Under the pieces are notes generated by a model. That model was not told where the DNA came from, did not search any database, and saw nothing but the letters and a program-made list of their open reading frames with translations. A stretch of 64,000 bases of DNA, from positions 9,362,001 to 9,426,000 of the forward strand of contig NC_047066.1 of assembly GCF_902459465.1 (NCBI RefSeq), in the 5' to 3' direction. The stretch's first letter is position 1, and the number at the start of each line of letters is the position of its first letter. Of this stretch, positions 47,401 to 59,692 are shown one piece after another. The position numbers were made by a program, and so were the translations under genes. The stretch comes from Asterias rubens (lineage: Eukaryota).

Positions 47401-49607
47401 AAAAGTGTCCGTTTAGTCCGTGCAACAACATTGTACGCGTAGAGAGATTCGTGGAGAAGACTTGTACCAAGTTTATTGTGTCAAGCCAATACATGCGGTG
47501 CGTGAGTGTGTGCGTGTGTACATACATAATACGTTATGCACATGTATTTGCTTCGTCGACGACGTCGTGGTACGAAGGGTGTTGCGGTCGCCATTTTTTT
47601 AAAACCGTAAGTTGATTTTCAAAATGAGTGGCAGTAAATCGAAGAGATCCTGCGTTTTTAACGATAATTACGCCACAGATTTCTTGTGCCTTAAAAGCTC
47701 AACAAAAAGTAGGCATCACGCTTTCTGTGGTAGTAGAACCGATGTGAGTATTGCTCACGGTGGACGGGGAGATATAGTCGCCCACCTAAAAACTGCCAAA
47801 GAGGGAAACTTGCTTCGACACAAAATACAGTCCAGCCCTCCTAAAACAAGCAAAACAATCCACATACAAAGGTCTACACCAATAGAAAGGTGGTGAAAAG
47901 CTGTGTTATCAAATAATAATGAACTAATGTATTGTTTTTATGGAGTAGTTCCACATTCAAAGTTAATTTACTTTATGTTAATGTTTAGCCCCCAAATGAC
48001 TCTGGAAGCTGTGTAGTTCTGTTAGCTTCCAGGGGGCACTGTCCCCTGCAATGCAGAGCCCCCTGGAAGAAAACACTCATTCACAGTACCCCGCCTTAAT
48101 AATAATAATAATAATAATAACAGTATTTATAAAGCGCCAAATTGCCAAAGGATACAAGGCGCCTTGGTGACCCCTGGACCCTGGCCAGGCTTGTCCATAT
48201 TTCTGGGTTTCGAATGTTGGCAGGTATGGTCATACGAATTTGTGTGCTTTCAGATGCTTGATTTCGAGACTCCTTGACTTCTTTCTCGAAACTACGTCAC
48301 TTTCGAGGGAGCCGTTTCTCACAATGTTTTATACTATCAACCTCTCCCCATTACTCGTTACCAAGTAAGGTTTTATGCTAACAGTTATTTTGAGTAATTA
48401 TCAATTTGTGTACTGCCTTTAACTTAACAAATGAAATCATTGCTTCCAATGAAATAATTGTAACCAATGAAATCATGTCCATGTTCAATGCAAAATGTAT
48501 AAAATATAGTGATTTTTTCGATTTTCTCACAGAAGTTTTTTATTTCTTATTTCCCAAGGTTTGGAACAAATTAAAGTTTGGAAAGCCAACAGATGAAGCA
48601 AAACTCGTCAAAGATTATGAGTTCCTCGATGAAGTACTTGGACATCTGGAAAAGATATTTCTTGGCGATGATGCATTCTTATTCGGTGGTGAGATAAGCA
48701 TAGCGGACATTTGTGTCATGTCAGAGGTGAGGAACTTACAGTGACTAGACTTGTCGAAAAGTCGTTAAAGGCGTCTGTCGCAGTGATAGCGAAACGGCTC
48801 TCTTGCGACTATTTCGACTATCACCGCGACATACAATATTAACGACTTGTTCACACGTCTAGGCAAGGAGATGTTTTGCAGTGTGCGTTGAGGAAGGCTA
48901 AAATGCGTTGCTAATTTGCAGTATAGGTTTTTCCTAGCCTATTTTAACAGAAATTCATTAATTTTAACACCAGGCTCACTCAGTTACATTTCAATCGGCA
49001 TTGAAAGGCACCGGACACGTTTGGTAATTGTCAAAAACCAGTATTCTCACTTGTGGTGTATCCCAATATATGCATTAAAATAACAAACCTGTACAAAATC
49101 GGGCTCATTGTTTGTTATCGAAGTTGCAAAAGAATAATGAAAGAAAAAACACCCTTGATGCACAAATTTGTGTGCATTTATGCGATGTAGAAAAAAGACT
49201 TCAACTGAAGTATTGTATTAATTATTTGAGTAACCTCTTTCTCCTACGTTACTTCAGAGGGAGCCGTCTCAAACAATATTTTATACTATCAACAGCTCTC
49301 CATTGCTCGTTTGAGTAATCTGTTATGCTAATAGTTATATGAGTCATTAGTGTCCAGTGCCTTTAAGCATGGAGGTAGAAATAAGCTGACATTTTTGTTA
49401 TATGTCTTTTTTTAGATATCGAACATTGTTCCAATACAACGGCGTGACATACTGGCGAGTCACCCCAAGCTAGCGGCATGGAAGGACCGAGTGACCAAAC
49501 GTCTCAACCCTGCATACGATGAAGTTTACCGTGATTTTCGCAAATTGGAGTCGGCCATCCCCATGTCAAAGTTGTTTGACGAAAATGCCCCCGTCGAAAA
49601 CTTGTAA
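44437..49607 (+). CDS. GSTT1: Glutathione S-transferase theta-class, paralog 1 (236 aa)
   Basis: Exons 44437-44548, 46118-46205, 46654-46804, 48559-48726, 49416-49607 (711 nt). MGLTVYGSGISPPSRSV, INPVGKVP, WYPAELKARAKVNEYLDWHH, ISIAD, PKLAAWKDRV. Family-level symbol. Confidence 0.92.
44568..44938. mobile_element. Kolobok/T2-like MITE in GST1 intron 1
   Basis: TTAA|AGGCAGTGGACAC ... TCCAGTGTCT|TTAA, 20 nt after the donor site. Confidence 0.85.
45598..45920 (-). mobile_element. Non-coding ~320-bp repeat carrying a mutated hammerhead (PLE-related or retrozyme-like)
   Basis: Homologous segments at 13163-13767 and 57135-57397. The - strand begins GUCUC-CUGACGA-U-GACUAG(AGCAAG)CCAGUC-AAA-ACGU-U-GAGAC and runs to ...GTTACCGCAAACCAAATATA. 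Confidence 0.7.
47011..48228 (+). mobile_element. Non-autonomous hAT-like element with transposase N-terminal remnant, nested in a MITE in GST1 intron 3
   Basis: Perfect 13-bp TIR CATACCTGCCAAC / GTTGGCAGGTATG; GTCATAC duplicated on both flanks; subterminal GGGACAGTCCCG repeats. ORF from 47624: MSGSKSKR..HAFC..TDVSIAHGGRGDIVAHLKTAK (zinc-finger-like). Confidence 0.8.
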
Positions 49608-50280
49608 TTCTCGACAATCTTACCTTCAGATACTCTACTTTTTGTACAATGTGCTCAGCATTTATTTCCATTTTTTTTAAATACTGTATTATGAGGTATT
49701 TCCGATGTAAAAATCATATCCACTGGTGTATAGCGATTGCATAAAAGTATACACACGTTTGTTATGTTGTACACGTGTCAAATACTGTTTATATGAAATC
49801 CAAGATGGCGTCTGCCGTTGTTCTTTTGCTACGATTGGTTAACAGCTGGTAAATAATTTTATCGTTTGTGATTAGCCACAAATATACCTTACTTTATGAG
49901 TGTATATTATTTACATTATTTCATGCTCAACAAACTTTTATGGTTTTGGTGCACATTGTAATGAAACTTTTCCGGTGGTTAAATTAAGTAGAAAAACGAT
50001 GCAGATTATCGTCTGCACAGTGTTCTGTAAGGCTAATTAATATTCATGAGATGATGTCTTACAATTTTTATCAATGAAAATCAGGTTTGTTTGTAATATG
50101 CATTCTCGAATTTGATGAATGGATATCTTTACAAGCTAGGTTTGCGCTTAATTAATTATTTCTTTTATTCAATGGAAAGGACAATTATCACAGAATATTT
50201 TAGCACTTTCATTCAGTATAAATCTGAATAAAATACGTGTTTCTGAGCCGATTCTTTACTTGAACTTATTGAGCTGAAAT

Positions 50281-50568
50281 CCCACAACTGTCACGGCAAA
50301 ACAAAAAGCACTACGGCAAAACAAAAAGCACCACGGCAAAAAAAAAAAAGCGCCACGGCAAAACACAAAGCGCCACGGCAAAACAAAAAGCGCCACGGCA
50401 AAACGAAAAGCGCCACGGCAAAACGAAAAGCGCCACGGCAAAACGAAAAGAGCTACGGCAAAACGAAAAGAGCTACGGCAAAACGCAAAGAGCCACGGCA
50501 AAACGCAAAGAGTCACGGCAAAACGCAAAGAGCCACTGCAAACCAAAAAACAGTTGTGGGCCACCATA
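50281..50568. repeat. 20-bp minisatellite (13 units, consensus CCACGGCAAAACGAAAAGCG) between short inverted repeats
   Basis: Units run 50291-50552; flanks CCCACAACTGT (50281-50291) and ACAGTTGTGGG (50550-50560). Confidence 0.95.
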
Positions 50569-52033
50569 GATAATGGGGGCGTTCATATGCGTGAGAACTG
50601 TTTGTGTGCGTAAGGCGCGCAATTTAATTTGTATAAATAGTGCCACGTTTGGAGATTTAAACACCACGACTGATAGCTGAATTTGAGCTCAGTTGACAAA
50701 TAATTGTTACTGACCTTCAAACGAAACAAATTCACCCATACACATAACATTTTTTTTTTTTTGGTGGGGGGGGGGGAGCTACTGAACTAGAGGTATGTAA
50801 ATAATATTTCAGAATACTATTTACTGTATGGAACCAGAAATTACATTGTTTTGTTTTTTTAGGAGGATTTGATTTGGAGTGGATGTAAACCAACAACCTT
50901 TGCGGAAAATCGTCCCGATGTCGCTGATTTTCAATCTGGAGCACTTTAGGTATACTTGCCGTATACTTGCCTTCTAAAAAAGATGACCCCTGTTAAGCGT
51001 GGCCCATTTTTGTTGAAGATGGAGTCTGGCTTGAATTTATTGATAAAGGATGAGCACAGCTATGTATTGATTGATGCTGACATGAAATAAATGTATCTGA
51101 AATTAAAATCTAACTGCGAAATAATAAGTTTTAGCATTTGGTACCTTATGCTCGTTATACTCTGGTGCACCCAGTGTCTGGCGCCACCTATACCTACCGG
51201 TGCATACAGTTGAAACTAAAGGTCGTGGAGTCTAAAGCTATTCTTGTATACAAACATATACTGGTAGAAGGACCTTGATCTCTGCATGTTTTGTGCCTTT
51301 CCAAACAGGATAGATCTCTTCAAACCACTCCAACACACCACTGTAAAAGCTCACACAATAAACGTGCGTGAGTTATGGGGGTTAACGGAAATACAAACAG
51401 TTTGTTAAATAATGATACAAATTTAAAGGCACTGGACGCGTTCGGTAATATTGTCAAAGACCAGTAACTTGGTGTATCCCAACATAATATATGCATAAAA
51501 TAATCTTCGAACAACTTGGCTCAATTGTTCATCGAGGTTGCAAGAAAATAATGAAAGAAAAAACACCCTTGTTGCACACGTGTGCTTACTGATGCCTTAA
51601 GACTTCAGGCCGAATTCCTCTTGAAGTTGCCTCTTTCTCAAAAACTAGGTTACCCCTAGAGAGGGCAGTCTCTTACAATGTTTTATACTATCAACAGCTC
51701 TCCATTGCTTTTTACAAAGTGAGGTTTTATGCTGACAACTATTTTGACTAATAACCAAAAGCATCTGTGCCTTTAAAGGCCACCACAATTCATTATTGCC
51801 GCATTCATAGACTTGTTGGTCGCTTGATAAAAACCCTCTATAGTGATAATCCATAGTCACGGGTGTGTGCTTTCGACAACTGCTTGGGTAAATATAAATT
51901 GACATAGCAGGAATGTTTTCATTTTAGACAACACCGAGTAATGAAAAAGTAAAACTCAAATCCACTCCGTGGACAAGCCGTCTTCTTTTTAAAAAGCTAC
52001 GGATAAATTGGGTTGTTTACGTCGTCTCGGAGA

Positions 52034-52046
52034 AGAACAGGTAAGC
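52034..52046 (+). promoter_or_regulatory. Probable donor of a non-coding first exon of GST paralog 2
   Basis: AGAACAG|GTAAGC, downstream of the TATA-like AAATATAAAT (~51890). The same AGAACAG|GTAAG context precedes paralog 3. A candidate acceptor lies just before ATG 53503. Confidence 0.5.
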
Positions 52047-52588
52047 ATTTTTTTTCTTCGGTTTAATGTATTCATTGGAATTTTATTTGCATTGTTCAGT
52101 GTTACACAATGTTCAGGCATCCCCAAGTTTCGACACCCCTCATGTTCCAACACCCCCAACAAAGTTTTTTCCCCTAACCCTATAATACTCTACCCTAAAC
52201 TCTAGCAAGTAAATCAATCATAAGTAGGATTTCTGATGGTCGGAATGTTACTAAAGTTTCACCCAGTGATAGTTTTGAAACCATAAACTAGGCACCTGAC
52301 AACTTAATCATCATAAACTTGCATGTTTTTGAAAATGTGTTAATATGAAGGTGTAAATATTTTTCATGGTTTATGAACCATGTTTTATGATAATGCTTAA
52401 TGTTTTGGTTCAGGCCTACATTTTGTATTGTTGATTTCATACCCTTTTATCGCAGATGGTAAATTCGATGGGAAGAGTTGTTCTAATAGTTGAACCAATG
52501 GCTTTTTAAACCGAATACCAAAATAATATATTAATTTCCACTCCATATATTTACACAATGGTACTATGTTGAACCAATGACATTTTAA

Positions 52589-52951
52589 AGCCATTAGAAC
52601 CTTTCGGTAAACAGTATTGTTCAAGGCCCACACTTCGTGTATCACAACTTCTATATCAAATAACAAACCTGTGAAAATTTGGGCTTAATCGGTCATCGGA
52701 GTCGGGAGAAAATAATGGGAAAACCCACCCTTGTATCCGCGCGTTTCGCCGTGTCATGACATGTGTTTAAAATAAATCCGTAATTCTCGTTAACGAGAAT
52801 TGATATTGTTTTACTGTTTTCTAAAAAAGTAAAGCATTTCATGGAATAATATTTCAAGAGAAGTATTTCACCACTACTTTCTGTAAACCCTGTAAGTTAT
52901 TTGTAAATCTGTGAACTTTTTTTTTTTCTGTTCCGAAAGGATCCAATGGCT
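52589..52951. mobile_element. TTAA-type MITE (AGCCATT...AATGGCT family)
   Basis: TTAA on both sides; same family as 13366-13716. Confidence 0.85.
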
Positions 52952-53036
52952 TTAAACCGAATACCCAAATAATATATTAATTTCAACTCCATTTATAATG
53001 TACACAATGGTACTATGTTGAACCAATGACATTTAA

Positions 53037-53420
53037 AGGAACACGTTGCCTTGGATCGGTCGAGTTGGTCTTTGAAAAGCGTTTTGTGACCGTTTGTTAT
53101 AAAATGCATATGGTTAGAAAGATGATGTCAAAGTAGAATACATTGATCTACACAAATATGCCTCGAAATTGCATGGTTTTCTTTTTACCTTCGTTCAATA
53201 TCACGGTCGGCCATTTATGGGAGTCACAATTTTGACTCCCATAAATGACCGACCATGATAGTTCGCGACGTAAAAAGAAAACCGTGCAATTTTGAGAGAT
53301 ACTTGTGTGGATCGTTATATTCTACTTTTAAAACATCTTTCTAACCATATACGTTTCATAACAAACGATTTCAAACGCTTTTTATGGACCAACTCGTCCG
53401 ATCCAAAGCGACGTGTTCCT
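53037..53420. mobile_element. TTAA-type MITE (AGGAACACGTTG family)
   Basis: TIR AGGAACACGTTGCCTTGGATCGGTCGAGTTGGTC / GACCAACTCGTCCGATCCAAAGCGACGTGTTCCT, with TTAA flanks. Confidence 0.85.
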
Positions 53421-53502
53421 TTTAAACCGAATACCAAATACATTCATTCCACCCCAACTGTATAAAAATGGTTCTATATTAACTTATTAAAGTGTGATCG
53501 CC

Positions 53503-56500
53503 ATGGGTCTCATCGTGTATGGAGACATGATCTCCCAACCAAGCCGGAGTGTGTTTTTGTTCTGCAAAGTCACTGGTATCCCGTACACGGAGAAAACTGT
53601 CGCCATAGTCAAAGGTGAGAGTGAGGAGACGATGGACACCAACGCTATTAAAAATTATGATGCAGTGTCGAGAGTCCATCTTTCTCCAGAAGACGATCAG
53701 CGCATAGGCCATACACTGCGTCAAGTTGAAACAACGTTCTTTTCAGAACCACCCCTACTCATTTAGAGGCATTTACATGGTGTTACACCAAACATTTTTG
53801 TATCGTATTTCCACCATGAAAAGTTTCAAATCCTACTGACATTTAAAATATTGATCTGAAAACCTCTGACCTAGATATTAGCACCGTGAGTTTAGCCCCA
53901 ATGTCGGTCATTATGACCTGGAACCTGCGTCAAAGTGACCCTAAATTGGTCAAACTGACGCAGAATCAGAGTTAACCCCCATTTAAAAAAAAACTGGTTC
54001 GGGGTTGTATTTATAGCCTGAACCATAAATGTGTCAAGTCCCTGCATGGATACCAAAAACCTGGGTCAATGCTGAACCGGGTCACTGTTTTCAGAGTTCA
54101 AAATGATATATCTAGCGGTAAATACCCGGAACCATTGATTGCGTGTCAGTTTTGTTTTGAAAACCCCCTGCTTCTAACTAGACAGAGAAGTAGGCCTAGA
54201 TCAGATTCAGTCCGTAAAGCGATTTGGAAGTCCAGTATGACAGGAGATTTTGTACCCCATGGTGAACTGTACAGACTTCTTCTGATAGCGCCCTCTTTTG
54301 AATCATCAAGATTTTTGACTTACCGGGTAATTAATTTCCATAGTTTGAGTACCCGCACATAAAAACTGGTTTTCACCTTGTAAGTCTGCTGCCACCTAGC
54401 GTTCTAAAAAATACCAACATTGTGACTGTTTTCGAATTCACAGGTGAACACAAAGGAGAAGACTACCTGAAAATCAATCCCTTCGGGCAAGTTCCCAGCA
54501 TCAAGGATGACGACTTCGTTCTCACTGAATGGTAAATCAATTTGAAACAATAACTGTTTATGCAATTAATCTTCACATGAAACCAAAGGAAGGTTTGGAA
54601 TGTCGCAAGCTTGGGGAGTAAAAGTTATGAAAGCCTCCAAAGTTGTAAACGAAAATTAAACGACATGAGAAACTAAATCAAATTAATCAATCAAAATGAA
54701 TGTCTTCTATTCCTTTAAACAACTAAATTGTAACCATGTATTTCTCTGTTTAGTTTTTCGATAATAAAGTATCTTGCGGATAAGCACAAGGTCGCCGATC
54801 ACTGGTACCCGGCAGAGTTGAAGGCCCGAGCGAAAGTGAATGAGTATCTGGACTGGCATCATACCGGTCTTCGACGGGGGGGCATGGACATCTGTCGAGA
54901 GCAGGTAAATGGTGCGCGACTCGTGAATCAGACCCCTACTCGACCTGCGTAACTCTGACTCTGACTCTGACCCTGACTCGACCGTAGTGCCTCATTACGC
55001 TGACTCTAACTCGGAATCTGACTCGACAGTTGGGACCCGTTACTCTGATACCAACCCGGACCCTGAATCGACCTTAAAGGCAGTGGACACTATTGGTAAT
55101 TACTCAAAATAATTATCAGCCTAAAACCTTTCTTGGTGACGAGTAATGGGTTTTATGGTATAAAACTCTATGAGAAACCACTTCCTCTGAAGTGACGTAG
55201 TTTTCGAGAAAGAAGTAATTGTCAATGAATTTGATTTCGAGACCTCAGATTTAGAACTTGAGGTCTCGAAATCAACCATCTAAACGCACACAACTTCGTG
55301 TGACAAGGGTGTTTTATTCTTTCATTATTATCTCGCAACTTTGATGACCGATTGAGCTCAAATTTTCACAGGTTTGTTATTTTATGCATATGTTGAGATA
55401 CACCAACTGTGAAGGCTAGTCTTTGACAATTACCAATAGTGTCCACTGCCTTTAAAAGTAATTTGTGACTAGGCCCTTTATCACGAAGTTGATCTCGGGC
55501 TCGACACAATGAACTCGGAGTTGAACTTGAGATTTATGTACCCAAATACATGGCTCGATATGTACCTGAAATAAAGACAACTAATTTGTACAACTGGAAA
55601 CACTGGTTTAAAGTTTGAAAAACTAATTTCATTAACTATTGAACTTCATCGTAAATTTGTGAGCTTCGTACTTTTTTATTTTTATTTCTACTATCTGTAT
55701 CATCTATATGTGGACAATGTTTTGTTTTCGATGTTTTTGCAATTATTTTATATTTTCAGGCCAACGGGGTATTGTGTTACAATTCAGCCCCAATTTGCCA
55801 CAACTTTGTGTCAACTTCTCAAAGGCTAGTTAGTACACATTCCCTATCATTATTTGAAATAAAGTGTGAACAAATCACAAAGTATGTTTTCTTTTATTTT
55901 CAAAGTTCCTAAAAACCTCGCTGTTTGGAATGCCGACAGATGAAGAAAAGCTCGTCAAAGATTACGATAACTTTGACAAGATACTTGGGGTTGTGGAAAA
56001 GACATTTCTTGGAGATGGTGATTTCCTGTGCGGTGATGAGATAACCATTGCAGACATTTGCGCCATTTCAGAGGTAAGGAACAAAGATGAAAGAGGCGCA
56101 AGTTGAAAATATTGCTATTCAAAGGAAAATAATTATATTTTGGAACCGTTCGATTTGTTCAAGTTATTTAAGCGTTCTTACTAATTCAGTTTCAAGTTTT
56201 CTGTTAAATGTTACATTAATTTTCTTTTTTTTTTGTGCGCCTTGGGTGTCTCTATTGAGACAGATATGTGCGCGTTATAAATTTACAATTATTAATTATT
56301 ATTATTTTTATTATCTATTGAAACCTATAAATTTAAAAATGATATACGATGAAACTAGCCTATGAACATTTCAAAGATTGCGCTGTTATTTCTTAAATAT
56401 TTTTTGTCTAATTTTTTATGATCCGCAGCGGTTAGGTCCACCCTAATTGGATACATAATCTGAGAAACGTCTGACAGTAACGTTTCTCAACTTCAAACTG

Positions 56501-57039
56501 GTTGACATAAAAACCTGCTATCATTTAAAAGTGAAATGGTTCTAAAAATTACAGATTAGCATTAAAACTTACACGGTCTAATGATGATGATAGTAGAAAA
56601 CATCCCCTGAAATATTATTGTCAGAAATATTATATTTGTTGAGAGATAAATAATCTTATTTTGTGTTAGTGAGCGTTTTATTCTTTTTTCATTTTGCATC
56701 GATGCCATGCAAAAATGTGTTATCGGTTTTGCACTATTTTCTCAAACTTCTACAGGTTTGTCAGTTTATGTATAAGGTGGATTACATAAAGTACTTACAC
56801 AACCAGCAAATGTTTGGTTAGCAAAAAAAACAATTTTGTAATAATTGTGTTTATACATTTTTTTGTTCTTTTCTCGGTGGCAGTTCACGCAAATTCTTTG
56901 GTTCCAACGGCCGGGAACTCATATACTGGCAAACCACTCCAAGCTAGCGGCATGGAAGGACCGAGTGGCCAAACGTCTTAACCCAGCATACGATGAAGTT
57001 CACCAAGACCTCGTCAAATTTGCTGAGTCCAAGAAGTAA
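53503..57039 (+). CDS. GSTT1: Glutathione S-transferase theta-class, paralog 2 (224 aa)
   Basis: Exons 53503-53614, 54444-54531, 54754-54904, 55906-56073, 56884-57039 (675 nt); exon 1-4 lengths (112/88/151/168) equal those of paralog 1. MGLIVYGDMISQPSRSV, KGEHKGEDYLKINPFGQVP. Family-level symbol. Confidence 0.93.
54948..55073. repeat. Degenerate 45-bp tandem repeat built of CTGACT-like hexamers in GST2 intron 3
   Basis: Units start at 54948, 54993 and 55038; the third is cut by a TTAA MITE. Confidence 0.75.
55078..55451. mobile_element. Kolobok/T2-like MITE (dominant family)
   Basis: TTAA|AGGCAGTGGACAC ... GTGTCCACTGCCT|TTAA (perfect ends). Confidence 0.9.
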
Positions 57040-57397
57040 ATCCACCCACAATATCTTCAGAGGAAAGAGATACATCGATGAAAATAATGTTAGAAAATTT
57101 GTCAAGTCATAATAATTTTATAACCATTTTATAGTTGGTTTGCGGTAACACCATGTGTGTGTCTATATGCCAGGTTGATTTTCGTTCTTTAGAGAACTGT
57201 CTTGCTTTAAATATTCCTAACACGGAGTAGATTATCGGAATTAGGGAGACTTCTCAGTTCTGAAAAGAACTGTCCTGCTGATAACTGATAACAGGATGGG
57301 AGGAAGGTATAGAAAATCGGCTGGGACTAATACGATAGCTTTTAGTGGATCGTTATTAACTTCACTATCACGGAGTGAGTTATTAATTGGTCTCAAT

Positions 57398-57690
57398 TAA
57401 TTCGGATGGGACGTAAAGCCGTTGGTCCCATGTGTTGTGTAACGCATGTAAAAGAACCCAGTGCACTTATCGAAAAGAGAAGGGGTTCGCCCCGGTGTTC
57501 CTGGTTGTGGCTGCTTAATGCGCCGCAGCACCTTGTAAACCCTTATAAGGTGCTAAATAATTGGGTCTCAGAATTCATCACTGCAATAACCTATCTTTCT
57601 GAAAGTTTGTATAATACTCAGCGCCTTGAGTACCTTGTTTGGTAGATACGTGCGCTATATAAGACTTCGATATTATTATATTATTATTAT
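57398..57690 (+). mobile_element. SINE (same family as 13931-14345), head missing
   Basis: TTCGGATGGGACGTAAAGCCGTTGGTCCCATGTG..AGAACCCAGTGCACTTATCGAAAAGAG..GCGCTATATAAGA..(ATT)n. Confidence 0.8.
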
Positions 57691-57713
57691 TTTGCCTAAA
57701 CTATTCCATGGAG

Positions 57714-58168
57714 GTCATCATCATCATTTAGAGGTCGCAACCGAGATTCCATGCACAACGTCACGCCAGAGTTGTTTATCCCTCATCATGTTTGGAAGGT
57801 CTACTATCTCAGCCTCCGTATCCCGATCACGTCGATGTAGTTGAGTGGTCGATGTCCTCTATTAGGGCGCGGTAGTCTCCAGTATAACACGTCAGGGATG
57901 ACCTGGTCTTTGGCTGGCACGAAAGCAGTGACCTGCGAAGCGGACTCTGAGTTGAGCTAACAGTAGTAGAGATTGGTGGATCTCCGTAGATCTGTTCATT
58001 GGTCTTGTGCTCCGGCCATGAGATGTTCTGTACCCTCATAAGAAGCCTGGTGTATGTGCCGTCGATGCGATCTTGAAACTCTTTTTTTCATGGTCCAGGT
58101 TTCCGCTCCATACAGAAGGATGCTCTCTACACAGGCTCTGAAGAAGACCAGCTTGGTTGTATTCGCTA
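57714..58168 (-). mobile_element. 3' end of an RTE-type non-LTR retrotransposon
   Basis: The - strand translates, with frameshifts, to KLVFFRACVESILLYGAETWT..IDGTYTRLLMRVQNISW..RFAGHCFR..LWRDVV, ending in a (TGA)n tail. Confidence 0.85.
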
Positions 58169-59240
58169 TTTAAAGGAGGTAGAATTGCTGGATAGTCGTC
58201 GTCAGGCGATTGATCCTTAATTAGATCATTATATTCATAGTTATATGGTAGGCCTACTTATAACTGACGGTGCACAATTGCAAGAGACATATTATATTTT
58301 GTACAGTTTACAATATTGACGGTTTTTGAGGTCGCCCCTTATTTGCCATCATTTAGCATCAAAACTTACTTGGTAAAGTGCGATGGAGAGCTGCTGATAA
58401 TATAACACATTGTGAGAAACGGCTCCCTCTGAGAAGTAACGTAGTTTTTGAAAAAGAGGTAAATTTCTCTTTAAAATATCTGAACCTGAGAAGGACCTCA
58501 GGTTTGAAGCCTTTCTCAGGCATCTGAAAGCACACACTTTGTGCAGCAAGGGCATATTTTTCTTTCATTAATTTCTTGCAACTTTGATCACTAATTGGGC
58601 CCAAATTGTCACAGATTTTTGTTTTTATAGTTTTTGACAATACTAACAATTCATGTCGAGTGCCATTAAGGTAAAACGGTTACGATTATAAGCCTGCGTT
58701 GATTTAAAAGAGACTTAGCGTATTTGAATAAAAAACCGTAATGCTAACAAAGTTTTTTTTTAAGGGTACTTTGTGTGTCAAACTTCCTGAAAATGTCTCG
58801 CTGAATTATATACAAGAACAAAATCGGTCACTGCTGAGAATTGTTTTCGTCGGGACGCCATTCTACTTGCTAAAATAATGACCTCAAAGCTACTAAAGGC
58901 ATTGAGGTCAAACCGGGTGGAATGATTTGGTTCGGCTCGAAAACACAACGCCCTCTTTTGAAAGCCCATTTTCATTTTTCTTTCGCGTTAAACTTTGACA
59001 TAATGAGCACTAAACAATTTAGCACTATTCTTACTTAAATAATGTGACTCAAGAGACGATTCTTTCTCCAGGATAACAACGTATCAAGTTTTCGATGGGA
59101 ACTCTCGCCTAATGTGTTGTTATTAATTTTGTTTGTTTTAATAAAAACGATCGTAGCTTTTTGTTAAGGTTTGATGGAAATTTACTTCATTTCTGACCGC
59201 ATGAGGGCGCTTTCAAAGGGTAAACTTTTCTTGCATGACA

Positions 59241-59394
59241 ATAGACCTTTTCGCAAATACTGGGGCGCGCGCGTAAAGCTTGGAATTAGGTGCATTGTGG
59301 TCTAGCTGGTATCCAAATTTGATCCATATCTATCCCACAATGCACCTCATTCAACAGTCTGCGCTTGCGCATTGGTATTTGCGATAAGGTCTAT
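59241..59394. mobile_element. 154-bp MITE, TIR ATAGACCTT(T/A)TCGCAAATAC
   Basis: Inverted termini; an opposite-orientation copy is at 63111-63264, with fragments near 31700 and 38960. Confidence 0.85.
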
Positions 59395-59692
59395 TAGTGC
59401 AGTTTTATTTTGACTACCCGATAGTGTTGTTTTCCTGTATCAATGGGGAAACAATACAAAATTATTAACAAACGGAACAATAGAAAGACCACGCACGCCC
59501 CACGTGGTCATAGATTCTGAGAACATACACGAACTGAGACAAAACTATTGTCTGTTAGTTTTTGGGTAGCATAGTTTCATATTGTACGCATTCCAAATTC
59601 GGAAGTTCTAATTTGCCGATGTAATTTTCAATTATTTACTTCGTTTCTTGCACCAAACAATATTCTTCCCTTCAGAGTAAAAGAGATTTAAA

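Noticed and set aside
48533-48558. Alternative acceptor CTCACAG| for GST1 exon 4
   Set aside because: It gives an in-frame stop in phase 0; the CCCAAG| acceptor gives 168 nt, matching paralog 2.
50291-50552. Regularly spaced repeats resembling a CRISPR array
   Set aside because: Units are contiguous with no unique spacers, there are no cas genes, and the context is eukaryotic.
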